A stretch of 64,000 nt of DNA from an uncultured Gammaproteobacteria bacterium. GTDB taxonomy: Bacteria > Patescibacteriota > Microgenomatia > Levybacterales > GWA1-39-11. The stretch spans positions 4,824 to 68,823 of the forward strand of contig CAZYWG010000008.1 of the NCBI GenBank assembly GCA_964651815.1, given 5' to 3'. The notes under the pieces were generated by a model. The model was not told where the DNA came from. It saw nothing but the letters and a program-made list of their open reading frames with translations, and did no database searches. The position numbers and the translations under genes are program-made. Below, one piece after another: positions 20,235 through 29,662 of the stretch (its first letter is position 1; each line of letters starts with the position of its first letter).

Positions 20235-21521
20235 TTATTTAGGCAAGAACGTTTTTATGAGTTTTTGTATAGATGAAAAAATGCCTTTCCCAAATCCCAT
20301 ATTGAGGGGTTTGAGAATTCCACCCATAAAATTTGAAGATTCAACACTTTTGAAATTTCCGGCGTAAAATAGAAGGCCAATTGAGGTAGCAAAAGACGGA
20401 TTTTCTACGTCATCTATTAACCCTGTTATTCCTTTGGGGACACCAATTCTTACAGGCATTGAAAGCATACGCTTTGCGCTCTCTTCAACGCCAGCCGTTT
20501 TAGCGCCTCCACCGGTTACGACAATTCCTGCCGGCGTCTGTGTAGCAAACCCACTTTTTTTGAGTTCTATCCCTATCATTGTAAAAAGTTCGTTAAGTCT
20601 TGGCTTTATAATTCCGTCAACCAAAGTCTTATTTGAAACTTTTTTAAGTTCTTCTGTCAAATGAAGGCTTGAAAGGTCTAATTCGTCCCCTCCCTCTTCT
20701 TCTGGCGTTAGTGAGCCTTTTCTCTTACCAAAGTGGCGTGACAAATATAATTTGATTTTCTCGGCCGATTCAAGAGAAATTCTAAGCCCTATTGCCAAAT
20801 CATTTGTTATATGGCGCGCGCCTATTGGAATTACACTAGAATATGAAAGAGCCCCGTCAACATAAATACAAATATTTGTAATTCCGGCCCCTATATCAAC
20901 CAAAATTACACCAAGCTCTTTTTCTGTATCCGTCAAGACAGAGAGTGATGAAGCAAGGCCTGAAAAAACAACCGCAGCGACACTAACACCCGCTTCTTGC
21001 TCCAAAACCCTTTGGACATTTTTTACGGAAACGGAATTGGCAGTAATAATATGTGTGTCGACTTCGAGCCTCACACCTGTCATACCAACCGGGTCTTTAA
21101 TTCCACCCTCTCCGTCAACAGTGAAAGTTTTGGGTAAAACGTGGAGAATTGTTGTAGTTGATGGTGTTGAAACTGCACCCGCTGCCTCTAACACCCGGTC
21201 AACGTCAGCAGGTTGAATTTCACCATTTGGCGTTGAAATTGCCACTATCCCTTTTGAATTTTGGCTCATTATGTGGACGCCTGAGAGTGAAACAAAAACG
21301 TGGTCTACCGAATATCCGGCCATTCTTTCCGCAGCGTCAAGTGCTGCATTAATTGACGATGCTGCTTCTTCTATATCAACTATCTGCCCGCGTCTTATTC
21401 CGCGTGACGGAATCTCCGAAACACCTAAAACATTTGTCGCCTCTTCGTTTGCCTGGCCTATCACGGCCGAAATTTTTGAAGAGCCAATATCTATACCTAC
21501 GACGATTTGAGAATCCCGCAT
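20235..21521 (-). CDS. ftsA: Cell division protein FtsA
   Basis: GIDIGSSKI, DPVGMTGVRLE, VDIGAG and VTGGGA motifs. Confidence 0.98.
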   Translation of the reverse strand: MRDSQIVVGIDIGSSKISAVIGQANEEATNVLGVSEIPSRGIRRGQIVDIEEAASSINAALDAAERMAGYSVDHVFVSLSGVHIMSQNSKGIVAISTPNGEIQPADVDRVLEAAGAVSTPSTTTILHVLPKTFTVDGEGGIKDPVGMTGVRLEVDTHIITANSVSVKNVQRVLEQEAGVSVAAVVFSGLASSLSVLTDTEKELGVILVDIGAGITNICIYVDGALSYSSVIPIGARHITNDLAIGLRISLESAEKIKLYLSRHFGKRKGSLTPEEEGGDELDLSSLHLTEELKKVSNKTLVDGIIKPRLNELFTMIGIELKKSGFATQTPAGIVVTGGGAKTAGVEESAKRMLSMPVRIGVPKGITGLIDDVENPSFATSIGLLFYAGNFKSVESSNFMGGILKPLNMGFGKGIFSSIQKLIKTFLPK

Positions 21522-21533
21522 ACGTTAATGGTA

Positions 21534-21971
21534 TTATAGCCCGGCAAATTTTACAATAGGCCGGCTTCCCCGAAGGTCTACAAATGTAACCTTCTTGTTA
21601 TCTATTGTAAAGCGGGCGAGAATAAGTTGTAAAGTGGATACCTGATACCCCGAATCCAAATTCTTTGAAAAATAGACTAAAGGACCATCTTTTATTTTAA
21701 TAACAATTGAGCCCGAAACCGAAGCGTCATTTACTGAATCAAGAATTATGTCGTGGTCCGCAAGCTTATTAATAATGTCATTTGCAGAGATTTGCTCGGC
21801 AATTGGTTTTATTATTTTCCCGTCCGGCCCGGTTGAGTGAGTATTTGAAATTAATGGCAATAGAAATCGTACTCCAAAAAATATGAAAATGATTAGAAGA
21901 ACTCCAAAAATCCCATAAAATAAAAGGCGGGCGAGATTACTTGCGCGGCGTTTAACTATTCTTTTTACCAT
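21534..21971 (-). CDS. ftsQ: FtsQ/DivIB-like short bitopic protein
   Basis: Single N-terminal TM and C-terminal VDLR..RP motif; lies between murG and ftsA. Confidence 0.6.
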   Translation of the reverse strand: MVKRIVKRRASNLARLLFYGIFGVLLIIFIFFGVRFLLPLISNTHSTGPDGKIIKPIAEQISANDIINKLADHDIILDSVNDASVSGSIVIKIKDGPLVYFSKNLDSGYQVSTLQLILARFTIDNKKVTFVDLRGSRPIVKFAGL

Positions 21972-23079
21972 CTTCTTCTATTATGTTCACTATACGTTTT
22001 GCAGCGTCGGGAACAAAGTAATTTTCAGACCTAAGCATGTTAGAAATATATTTTTTTTCATTTGTAAACATCTCTTGAATTTTTTTAATTAAAGCATCCG
22101 GCGCAGCATCTTGTTCTTCTAAATATTCACTTATCCCAAGTCCTTTCAGAAATTTTGCGTTTGCCAATTGCTCGCTCGTTTGCCCGTGCGGAAGCGGAAT
22201 TAATAGGCTCATCTTTTTCTTTGCAATAATTTCAAGGATAGTGTTTGCTCCCGCGCGCGAAATAATAAGATCAGCGTGCTCAAAAACAAACCCTATTTCA
22301 TCAGGATATATGAATTTTTTCAAGACGTATTTTTGCTTTTTATCATTTTCAAGTTTGTTACGAAGTTTATTTAGTTCCTCAAAATCGTTATATTTTGAGC
22401 TTTCACCAGTTTGATGTACAACTATAAACTTTTCAAGAAGTGTATCTATAATTTTCTTCATTTGAGAATTTATAAAATGTGAACCCGTGCTTCCCCCTGT
22501 TACATAAATTATTTTTGCTTTGCCTGTTGGGAATGTTTTTGCAATTTCAGAATTTTTATTAATTTCAAAAATTTCCGACCTGACCGGATTACCTGTAAAC
22601 TCAATTTTGTCATTTGGAAAAGAGTTTTCTGAAGTTTTAAACGAAATACAAATTTTTCTGGCAACTTTTCCTATTAAACGCGCGGCAAGCCCCGCGCCTT
22701 GCGTTTGCTCATGCAAAATGACAGGTACTCCAAGAGTTGATGCGGCATATGAAATAGGGAGCCCAATATAACCACCAAATGTCATAACAACATCAGGCTG
22801 CGCACGCTTAACTAGCATGAGCGCTTGAACAAAACCAAGTGGCGTCTTAAGAAGCGAGGAGATAGTATATGACCCGAATTTTCTTTGGAAACGGCCCGCC
22901 TTTATTTCAAAAAATTGTAGATTTTCTTTTTTACAAATTGCATATTCAAGAGACAAGCTTGAATCTCCCTCAAATGGGTGAGCCCGCCCTGCAATTGCAA
23001 CTACATGTCCTCGCTTTTTAAGTTCTGAAATTATGCTGTAAGCCGGAGAAAAATGCCCTCCTGTAATTAATATTTTCAT
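21952..23079 (-). CDS. murG: Lipid II GlcNAc transferase MurG
   Basis: GGH, FGGY, HEQ, TGNPVR, GGSTG, SRAGANT and EQ..NA motifs. Confidence 0.96.
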   Translation of the reverse strand: MKILITGGHFSPAYSIISELKKRGHVVAIAGRAHPFEGDSSLSLEYAICKKENLQFFEIKAGRFQRKFGSYTISSLLKTPLGFVQALMLVKRAQPDVVMTFGGYIGLPISYAASTLGVPVILHEQTQGAGLAARLIGKVARKICISFKTSENSFPNDKIEFTGNPVRSEIFEINKNSEIAKTFPTGKAKIIYVTGGSTGSHFINSQMKKIIDTLLEKFIVVHQTGESSKYNDFEELNKLRNKLENDKKQKYVLKKFIYPDEIGFVFEHADLIISRAGANTILEIIAKKKMSLLIPLPHGQTSEQLANAKFLKGLGISEYLEEQDAAPDALIKKIQEMFTNEKKYISNMLRSENYFVPDAAKRIVNIIEEDGKKNS

Positions 23080-23081
23080 GT

Positions 23082-24218
23082 TTATCTAAATCCAAATCTT
23101 ACTTTGCGACCTAAAACTTTCTTACTTCTTAATTCTTGCGTCTTATGTCCTTTTGCAAACCTTGCAATGTTTAATAAAATTCCAATTGAAACAAGGTTGA
23201 TAATTAATGATGATCCACCATAAGAAATAAACGGAAGCGGGACTCCAGTCAAAGGGATTACAACAGCTTGCGACGCAAGATTAACAAAAGCTTGAATAGC
23301 TATAAACGTGATGATTCCGGCGCCTAAAAGTTTTCCAAACAAGTCCGGTGCGTTGATTGAAATTATAAATCCAAGAATTACAAATGCTCCAAAAATAAAT
23401 ATTAAAATTGTTGATCCAATAAATCCCGCTTCTTCTGCAAAAATTGCAAAAATAGAGTCTGTTGTATTTTCAGGTAAATATCCATATTTTTGGATTGAAT
23501 TACCAAAGCCCACCCCGGTCAAGCCTCCTGATCCAAGAGAAATTAAAATTTGCTTTACTTGATAAGACGTCCCTGTCAAATTTTTAGTATTAAAATTCTG
23601 GTAGGACGCAAATCTCGCAACACGGTAAGGCTCAAGCATAATAAGTCCAAACACGCCAATAAAAAGAGCAGCAACAATTAACACAAGGTCCCGGACCGGC
23701 GCGCCCGATAAAAAATAAACAATAGTTGCAGTCCCCGCAATAATAACAGCCGTCCCCATGTCAGGCTCAACTATTACAAGTAAAACTGAAAGCGCAAGAA
23801 GCATCATGAAAGCCATAAATCTACCTTTCTCTTTGTTTGAAAGCCAAGCCGCCAAATACATAGCTAGAGAAATTTTGAGAATTTCTGACGGCTGAACTAC
23901 AGTAAAACCAAAATTGAGCCATCGGTGTGCACCTTTAAGAGAAAGCCCAATTCCCGGAAAAAAGACCAAAACAAGCGCCGCTAAAGAAACAACAAGAATA
24001 GGGACGGCCGCTTTATAGTAAATCTTGTAATTAATTTTGGAAATGATGATGCATGCAATTGTCCCGAGAATAAACCAAATTGCCTGGTTTTTAACAAAAT
24101 AATATTTGTCGGAAAGTGAAAGCAGCGCCGAATATGTAGAACTCTCATATAAAATGAAAATTCCAAAAAGGGAGAGAAAAATTGTGGTCAAAAAAAGAAA
24201 AATGCCGGGCTTACTCAT
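23082..24218 (-). CDS. ftsW: SEDS peptidoglycan polymerase FtsW
   Basis: GAHRW, QPSE, EPDMGT, YLPE..TDSIFA and TGVPLPFISYGGSS motifs. Confidence 0.96.
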   Translation of the reverse strand: MSKPGIFLFLTTIFLSLFGIFILYESSTYSALLSLSDKYYFVKNQAIWFILGTIACIIISKINYKIYYKAAVPILVVSLAALVLVFFPGIGLSLKGAHRWLNFGFTVVQPSEILKISLAMYLAAWLSNKEKGRFMAFMMLLALSVLLVIVEPDMGTAVIIAGTATIVYFLSGAPVRDLVLIVAALFIGVFGLIMLEPYRVARFASYQNFNTKNLTGTSYQVKQILISLGSGGLTGVGFGNSIQKYGYLPENTTDSIFAIFAEEAGFIGSTILIFIFGAFVILGFIISINAPDLFGKLLGAGIITFIAIQAFVNLASQAVVIPLTGVPLPFISYGGSSLIINLVSIGILLNIARFAKGHKTQELRSKKVLGRKVRFGFR

Positions 24219-24275
24219 GATTTTTATGAAGGTAATTGCTTCCTGAATATATTCTACTAAAAAGAAAGGGGCATG

Positions 24276-25283
24276 TCACTTTAAAAAGGCTATGTAGAGA
24301 CCAAAAATTGCAAAAATTACGCCAAAGAGCCATGCACGCATAACAACTTTAGGCTCTTCCCATCCCTTTTTTATAAAATAAACGTGTAATGGCGCTGCGG
24401 CAAAAATTCTCCTGTTAAAAAACTTCCTTGATATAATCTGAATAAGGGACGACCCTATCTCGATGACAAAAACGCCACCAATTATTGCTACTGAAATTGG
24501 TTTACCTGTCAAAAGCCCTATAACTGCTAAAACTGCTCCTAAGGAGAGCGTGCCTACATCTCCAACCCAAAGTCTTGCTTTATAAATATTAAAGTATAAA
24601 AAAGCAACCGCGCTTCCAAGAAGTGTGGCGATAAAAAGTGACAAAAAACTATCAAGTGTTGACCCTGATATTGCAAGAAAAGCAACTAAACAAATAACCA
24701 TGAGCCCAACGGACAGGCCATCCAAACCATCTGAAATGTTAACTGCGTTGGTAAAAGAAACTATTGTGAATGCCGCAAAAAGAATATAGAAAATTCCCAA
24801 ATGAAGCTGGCCAAACCAATGCACAAAAACAAAAGAATATCCAAGTTGAAAATACATAACAGAGCCCACAATGAGCGCTAAAATACATTGAATAATTAGT
24901 TTATGTGAAAACCTAAGTCCAAAAATGCCTTCTCTTGTGTTAAATATCTTCCTTACATCATCATAAAAACCCAAAATTCCAAAACCTATAAAGGTGAAAA
25001 GGAGCGTAAAAAGCTCCCAGAAAGTGACTTTAACATGCAAAAGACCATATGTCCAAAGAGTAAGAATAGTAACTACAAAAATAATTAAAACTCCACCACC
25101 AATTGGTGTACCTATCTTCCAAGAAGAAAGTTTGTCAAAGAGTCTCTCTTTTTGATTTAGAATATCACGGTGTTTGTGGTGCGTTTTCTGAAGCTTCATT
25201 TTGTATAAAAAATCTATGAAAGGCACGAGAAGAATAGCCGTGATCACGAGCGATAAAATTGAAAATCCAAAAACTTGATCCAT
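24276..25283 (-). CDS. mraY: Phospho-MurNAc-pentapeptide transferase MraY (divergent HHH loop)
   Basis: GTPIGGG, GFYDD, NAVNISDGLDGL and GDVG motifs; dcw context. Confidence 0.9.
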   Translation of the reverse strand: MDQVFGFSILSLVITAILLVPFIDFLYKMKLQKTHHKHRDILNQKERLFDKLSSWKIGTPIGGGVLIIFVVTILTLWTYGLLHVKVTFWELFTLLFTFIGFGILGFYDDVRKIFNTREGIFGLRFSHKLIIQCILALIVGSVMYFQLGYSFVFVHWFGQLHLGIFYILFAAFTIVSFTNAVNISDGLDGLSVGLMVICLVAFLAISGSTLDSFLSLFIATLLGSAVAFLYFNIYKARLWVGDVGTLSLGAVLAVIGLLTGKPISVAIIGGVFVIEIGSSLIQIISRKFFNRRIFAAAPLHVYFIKKGWEEPKVVMRAWLFGVIFAIFGLYIAFLK

Positions 25284-25370
25284 ATATTCTTCCCAGAGTT
25301 GAAATTTAACGCAATTGTTGTTAAAAGCTTCTTTTGGACTAGAAAGTATTATATTATAGCACCGTGAAAA

Positions 25371-26984
25371 CTAGGATTCAAAGATAGCTGACAAACCACT
25401 AGGCAAAGCATGAGAAGCCTGCTTACCCTCAAATATTACTACATCTTCTTTTTTACACTCGGTTTTAATGAAATTAATGATTTTGGCAGGGCTCAAAACC
25501 TTCACAGAACAAGACGCGTTGCCACTTTTTGCGCCTGACCTAATTGCTTCAAAATAATTTGAATTGGTAAGAATTAAGTAATCGCAGACTTGTGCAATAT
25601 CATTTCCAAGGGATTTGTGTACTAATGAGGCATTTTTGCCGAGCTCTACGAGTGGCTCAAGGATTAATATTTTCTTTCCTTTGTAAATTTTGATGTATGA
25701 AAGGACTTTTTGGACCGAGTTTATATTGGCATTATGCGTATCGTTAACAATCACTGTACCGTTTGACGCAAGCTTCGGCTCCATAGCATTTTTAAGAGGC
25801 CTGATTGATGCAATTGCTTTCCGAATGAGGGCGAAATCTATACCCATATATGTCCCTATGAAAATTGCCGGGAGTAAATTTTCAATATTTTGACGTCCCA
25901 AAAGCTTAACATCTGAAAAGCTATATTTACGGCCCAATACCAAAACGTCAAATGAAACTGAAAATTTTGATTCGCGAATATTGGTTGCGAGGATATTCAC
26001 ATAAGACGCGTTAAGTGTTCCATAGGCAAACTTTTTTTTCTTCGTATGGGCAAACAACTTTTGACTATAAACATTGTCTCCGTTAAAAATTCCGACACCA
26101 TCAGAAGCCAAAGAATTTATTGCCTCGCGTTTGGATTCGATAATTTTTTCGACACTCCCGAATCTGGAAAGTTTTTGCTCATTAATTCCGGTTAAAACAA
26201 TTATTTTGGGTGCAATAAGTCCGCACATTTGAACAATATCCGTTTTGTTATAATCATCAAGCTCAGCCACAAATATTTGCTTTTTTTGGTTAAGATCAGA
26301 AAGAATAGTTGTTGCAATTCCTGAAGCGCTACTAAATGAGGTTTTTGTTGCTAGAACATTATATTTTGAAGATAAAACCCGTGTTATAAACTCTTTTGTT
26401 GACCCTCGACCATAACTTCCAACTACTGCAATAGAGAGAAGTTTTTTATTTGTTCCAATTTTACGAAGCGCATGGTTAATTACAGCATCTTTTCTGAAAT
26501 CAAAAAAGGTGGCAAGAAGAAGAAGGGTAAATGCCAAAATTACCGGCATAATTTTTTCAATAAGGATAATCCACAAGAAGTGGTCTAAGGGCGCAAAAAT
26601 AAATAAAGCAAATTCTGCAAAAAAAGTTACAAAGAGTACCAAGAAGTTGGAAAAGTTAATTTTTGGCAGGGAAATTTCTTTTTCAAAGAAGTTTTTTAAA
26701 ATTCCGAGGAAAAGGAAAGCGTACAAAATAAAAACCGTTATGTGATAATATTCATCACTACCCTGCAAAAAAATTGTTATGAAATAAGAAAAAATAATTG
26801 CCCACTTAACAATGGCAATAGGTCCATATATTAATTTTCTTCCGCTTTTAGTTTCCTTTAGAAAAATAATGAATCTCCGCAAGCTATATTCATGGTCTTC
26901 CCAAAGTTTTACCCAAGAAATACTTTCTGCAATAATGCATATCCCAAATAAGACAGTGACTATTTGAAATAAAAGATCAAACAT
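25371..26984 (-). CDS. murF: MurF-like Mur ligase with an N-terminal membrane domain
   Basis: GSYGRGSTKE P-loop variant, NGDN, LLGRQNIEN, NDTHNAN and LVELG motifs; N-terminal TM helices. Confidence 0.75.
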   Translation of the reverse strand: MFDLLFQIVTVLFGICIIAESISWVKLWEDHEYSLRRFIIFLKETKSGRKLIYGPIAIVKWAIIFSYFITIFLQGSDEYYHITVFILYAFLFLGILKNFFEKEISLPKINFSNFLVLFVTFFAEFALFIFAPLDHFLWIILIEKIMPVILAFTLLLLATFFDFRKDAVINHALRKIGTNKKLLSIAVVGSYGRGSTKEFITRVLSSKYNVLATKTSFSSASGIATTILSDLNQKKQIFVAELDDYNKTDIVQMCGLIAPKIIVLTGINEQKLSRFGSVEKIIESKREAINSLASDGVGIFNGDNVYSQKLFAHTKKKKFAYGTLNASYVNILATNIRESKFSVSFDVLVLGRKYSFSDVKLLGRQNIENLLPAIFIGTYMGIDFALIRKAIASIRPLKNAMEPKLASNGTVIVNDTHNANINSVQKVLSYIKIYKGKKILILEPLVELGKNASLVHKSLGNDIAQVCDYLILTNSNYFEAIRSGAKSGNASCSVKVLSPAKIINFIKTECKKEDVVIFEGKQASHALPSGLSAIFES

Positions 26985-27033
26985 AATAAATAAATGTGGG
27001 CAGAAAACGGGCAGTGCCTAAATCTCTTTTTTA

Positions 27034-28296
27034 TTAAGAAGCTGTTTTTTTCTTTTCAACAGTTTCCGCAAATTTTGTATAGTAGATTGTATCCGAATCG
27101 ATGTTTTTCATCACGACAGTTGAAGGACCGATGTTAACATTGTTCCCAATAATTACGCCCGGCATTGTTGAAACTCGCTCGCCTACCATGCAAAAAGATC
27201 CAATAATTGCCCCTAGCGATCGGCGTGCTGTATCAACCTTCTCACTTTTAACATTTGCGAGAACATTTTTACGGTCGAGCCTGACATTAGCTGTACCAAA
27301 TAAAGCGCCTATTTTAGTTCGTTGTCCTATAACAGAATCTCCAATAAACCCTGAATGAGTTGAAGATGCGTCCCCAATTAGCGAATTTTTAACCTCCATA
27401 TAAGCACCTATTTTTGCCCCTTCTTCTATATCCGAACCATCACGGATTAATGTGTTTGATCCAATAGATACATTTCGCCCAATATATGCCGGACCTTTTA
27501 TTGTAGCTCTTTCAGAAACCACTGCCCCTTCTTCTATTACAACATTACCCATAATTAACGCGTCTTTTGAAACAGTTGCTTTTTTAGAAATGCTCCTACT
27601 CAATTTTCCCAATATATAATTTTTGATGTCGAGTAATTCCCATGGGTATTTCAATGACAGTGCACCCGTATTAGAAATTGCCACACGAACATGTGCGCTC
27701 TTTGCTGCTGTATCAAGAGCTGTTTCAAAGCTGTAATGTTCGTGAGGCGTTTTTTTTAAAATTTTTATGAAATCTTGATTAAGAAAATATGTCCCGATAA
27801 TTCTTAAATTTGAAAGACCTTTTGTACTTTTTGGTTTTTCTACTACTCGTATTACGCGGTCCCCTTCAACTTTTAAATGTCCAAAGTGTTTTCCCTCAAC
27901 ATTGTTTGTGGCGAGTAAAATAATTTCGCTGTTTGTAAACCTTTTTTCATCAATTACTTTTTTTAACGTGTCAAATTCAACGTGTTGTGGGTTTACTAAA
28001 AAAAAATCCGACTTGATAAATTCCGAACATCTCAAGAGACCGTCTCCCATACCGGTAGGGGCGGGAATCACAGCATATGTTATTTTTACACCATGGCGTT
28101 TTCCGTTTCCCAGTATTTCTTTGAAATAATTCTCGCGTCCCGTAAGAAGAACAATATCATTTATTCCGCTTCGTTTTATTGCTCTTATTGTGTGCACAAT
28201 AATTGGCTCACCTGCAATTTTCACAAGTGATTTTGGGAAAGTATTCAAAGGAAAAAAGCGGCTCGACGCCCCTCCCGCTAAAATAACTGCTTGCAT
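27034..28296 (-). CDS. Bifunctional sugar-1-phosphate nucleotidyltransferase/acetyltransferase (archaeal GlmU-like)
   Basis: AVILAGG.SSRF.P...PK, VVEKP, YPWELL, hexapeptide repeats and TANVRLD...LGAIIG. Confidence 0.88.
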   Translation of the reverse strand: MQAVILAGGASSRFFPLNTFPKSLVKIAGEPIIVHTIRAIKRSGINDIVLLTGRENYFKEILGNGKRHGVKITYAVIPAPTGMGDGLLRCSEFIKSDFFLVNPQHVEFDTLKKVIDEKRFTNSEIILLATNNVEGKHFGHLKVEGDRVIRVVEKPKSTKGLSNLRIIGTYFLNQDFIKILKKTPHEHYSFETALDTAAKSAHVRVAISNTGALSLKYPWELLDIKNYILGKLSRSISKKATVSKDALIMGNVVIEEGAVVSERATIKGPAYIGRNVSIGSNTLIRDGSDIEEGAKIGAYMEVKNSLIGDASSTHSGFIGDSVIGQRTKIGALFGTANVRLDRKNVLANVKSEKVDTARRSLGAIIGSFCMVGERVSTMPGVIIGNNVNIGPSTVVMKNIDSDTIYYTKFAETVEKKKTAS

Positions 28297-29630
28297 TAAT
28301 GCATCTCCTCCTCTTCAAGTTTTATTTCAGCGCCAAGAAGTGTAAGTCTTTTATCAAAAGCCTCATATCCACGCTCCAAATATTCAACACCGTAAATTAC
28401 GCTTTCCCCGCTTGCTATTAATGACCCAATTACTAAAGTGGCGCCAGCTCTTAAATCAGAGATATCAAGGACAGCGTTATGAAGAGGAGTTTTCCCGCGA
28501 ATTTTTAAAGCTTGTTTGTTTTCGCTATCTTCTTCTGAATAGTTAAAGTTATAAAATACCTTAGGGTTTTTAACTTTTGGTTGGTAGTATTTTAAATTTG
28601 CACCCATTTTAGAAAGCTCGTCTACATAACCGAATCTATTTTCATAAACTGTTTCATGAATTGTTGAAATGCTCTGCGCCTGAGTCATAAATATTGCCCA
28701 CGGACCTTGCCAATCTGTCATAAATCCGGGGTGAGGAGCGGTCACAATATCTGTTGGCTTGATCTCTTTTTTAATGTAAAACCTGGTTTTTGAATTTTTT
28801 GTTTCCCACGCTCCCCCTGCTTTTTCAAATTCTGTAAGAAACCCCTGTATATCAACTGTCCTTACATGATTAACAATAATATTTCCGCCTGTTAACGCCG
28901 ACAAAACTGCAAATGTTACAACTTCATTTCTGTCCGGCATGATGGTGTATGAAGTTCCATGAAGACTCGCCGTGCCTTCTATTACGATTTTGCGTGGTGA
29001 CTCCCTTTTTATTTTGGCACCCATTGAGACTAAAAGCATTATGAGGTCATCAACTTCAGGCTCTTCAGCTGCATTTTCAATTACGGTGCGCCCTTTTGCC
29101 AAAACGGCTGCTAACAGAAGCGATTCTGTGCCGGTATGGGAGTTTTTTGAGAATTTGTAAGTTGCGCCAGTTAAACCCGCGGTTTTAAGATGAAAATATC
29201 CGTCCTGACTGCTATAGGTAGATTCTGCCCCCATGGCTACTAAGCCCTCAATATGCCGGTCTATGGGACGTGCACCAATGCGGCACCCGCCGGGATTTGG
29301 AATAAGCGCTTCTCCACGCCTCGCCAAAAGAGGAGAGACAAACATTGAAGAAGTCCTTATTTTTGCACCCATTTCAAGCGGGATTTTTATATTATTTATT
29401 TCTTCAACTTTTATTTTCACCGTGTGCCCTGAGAGCGTGACTACTCCGCCGATTTCTTTAATGAGGTCAAGCATTATAAAAAAATCCGCGATTAACGGAA
29501 CATTCTTTATTTCAACGGTTTCTTTTGTAAGACAAGCCGCAACAATAGCCGGCAATACTACGTTTTTGGCGCCACTAACAGTCACTTCCCCCGAAAGTTT
29601 TTTTCCGCCTTTTATAATATATTTATTCAT
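28296..29630 (-). CDS. murA: UDP-GlcNAc 1-carboxyvinyltransferase MurA
   Basis: SGAKN, PGGCRIGARP (active Cys), NAAEEPEV, PGFMTD, ETVYENR and DLRAG motifs. Confidence 0.97.
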   Translation of the reverse strand: MNKYIIKGGKKLSGEVTVSGAKNVVLPAIVAACLTKETVEIKNVPLIADFFIMLDLIKEIGGVVTLSGHTVKIKVEEINNIKIPLEMGAKIRTSSMFVSPLLARRGEALIPNPGGCRIGARPIDRHIEGLVAMGAESTYSSQDGYFHLKTAGLTGATYKFSKNSHTGTESLLLAAVLAKGRTVIENAAEEPEVDDLIMLLVSMGAKIKRESPRKIVIEGTASLHGTSYTIMPDRNEVVTFAVLSALTGGNIIVNHVRTVDIQGFLTEFEKAGGAWETKNSKTRFYIKKEIKPTDIVTAPHPGFMTDWQGPWAIFMTQAQSISTIHETVYENRFGYVDELSKMGANLKYYQPKVKNPKVFYNFNYSEEDSENKQALKIRGKTPLHNAVLDISDLRAGATLVIGSLIASGESVIYGVEYLERGYEAFDKRLTLLGAEIKLEEEEMH

Positions 29631-29662
29631 GATTTGACTTGTGAATTATGACTAGTGTCAAG

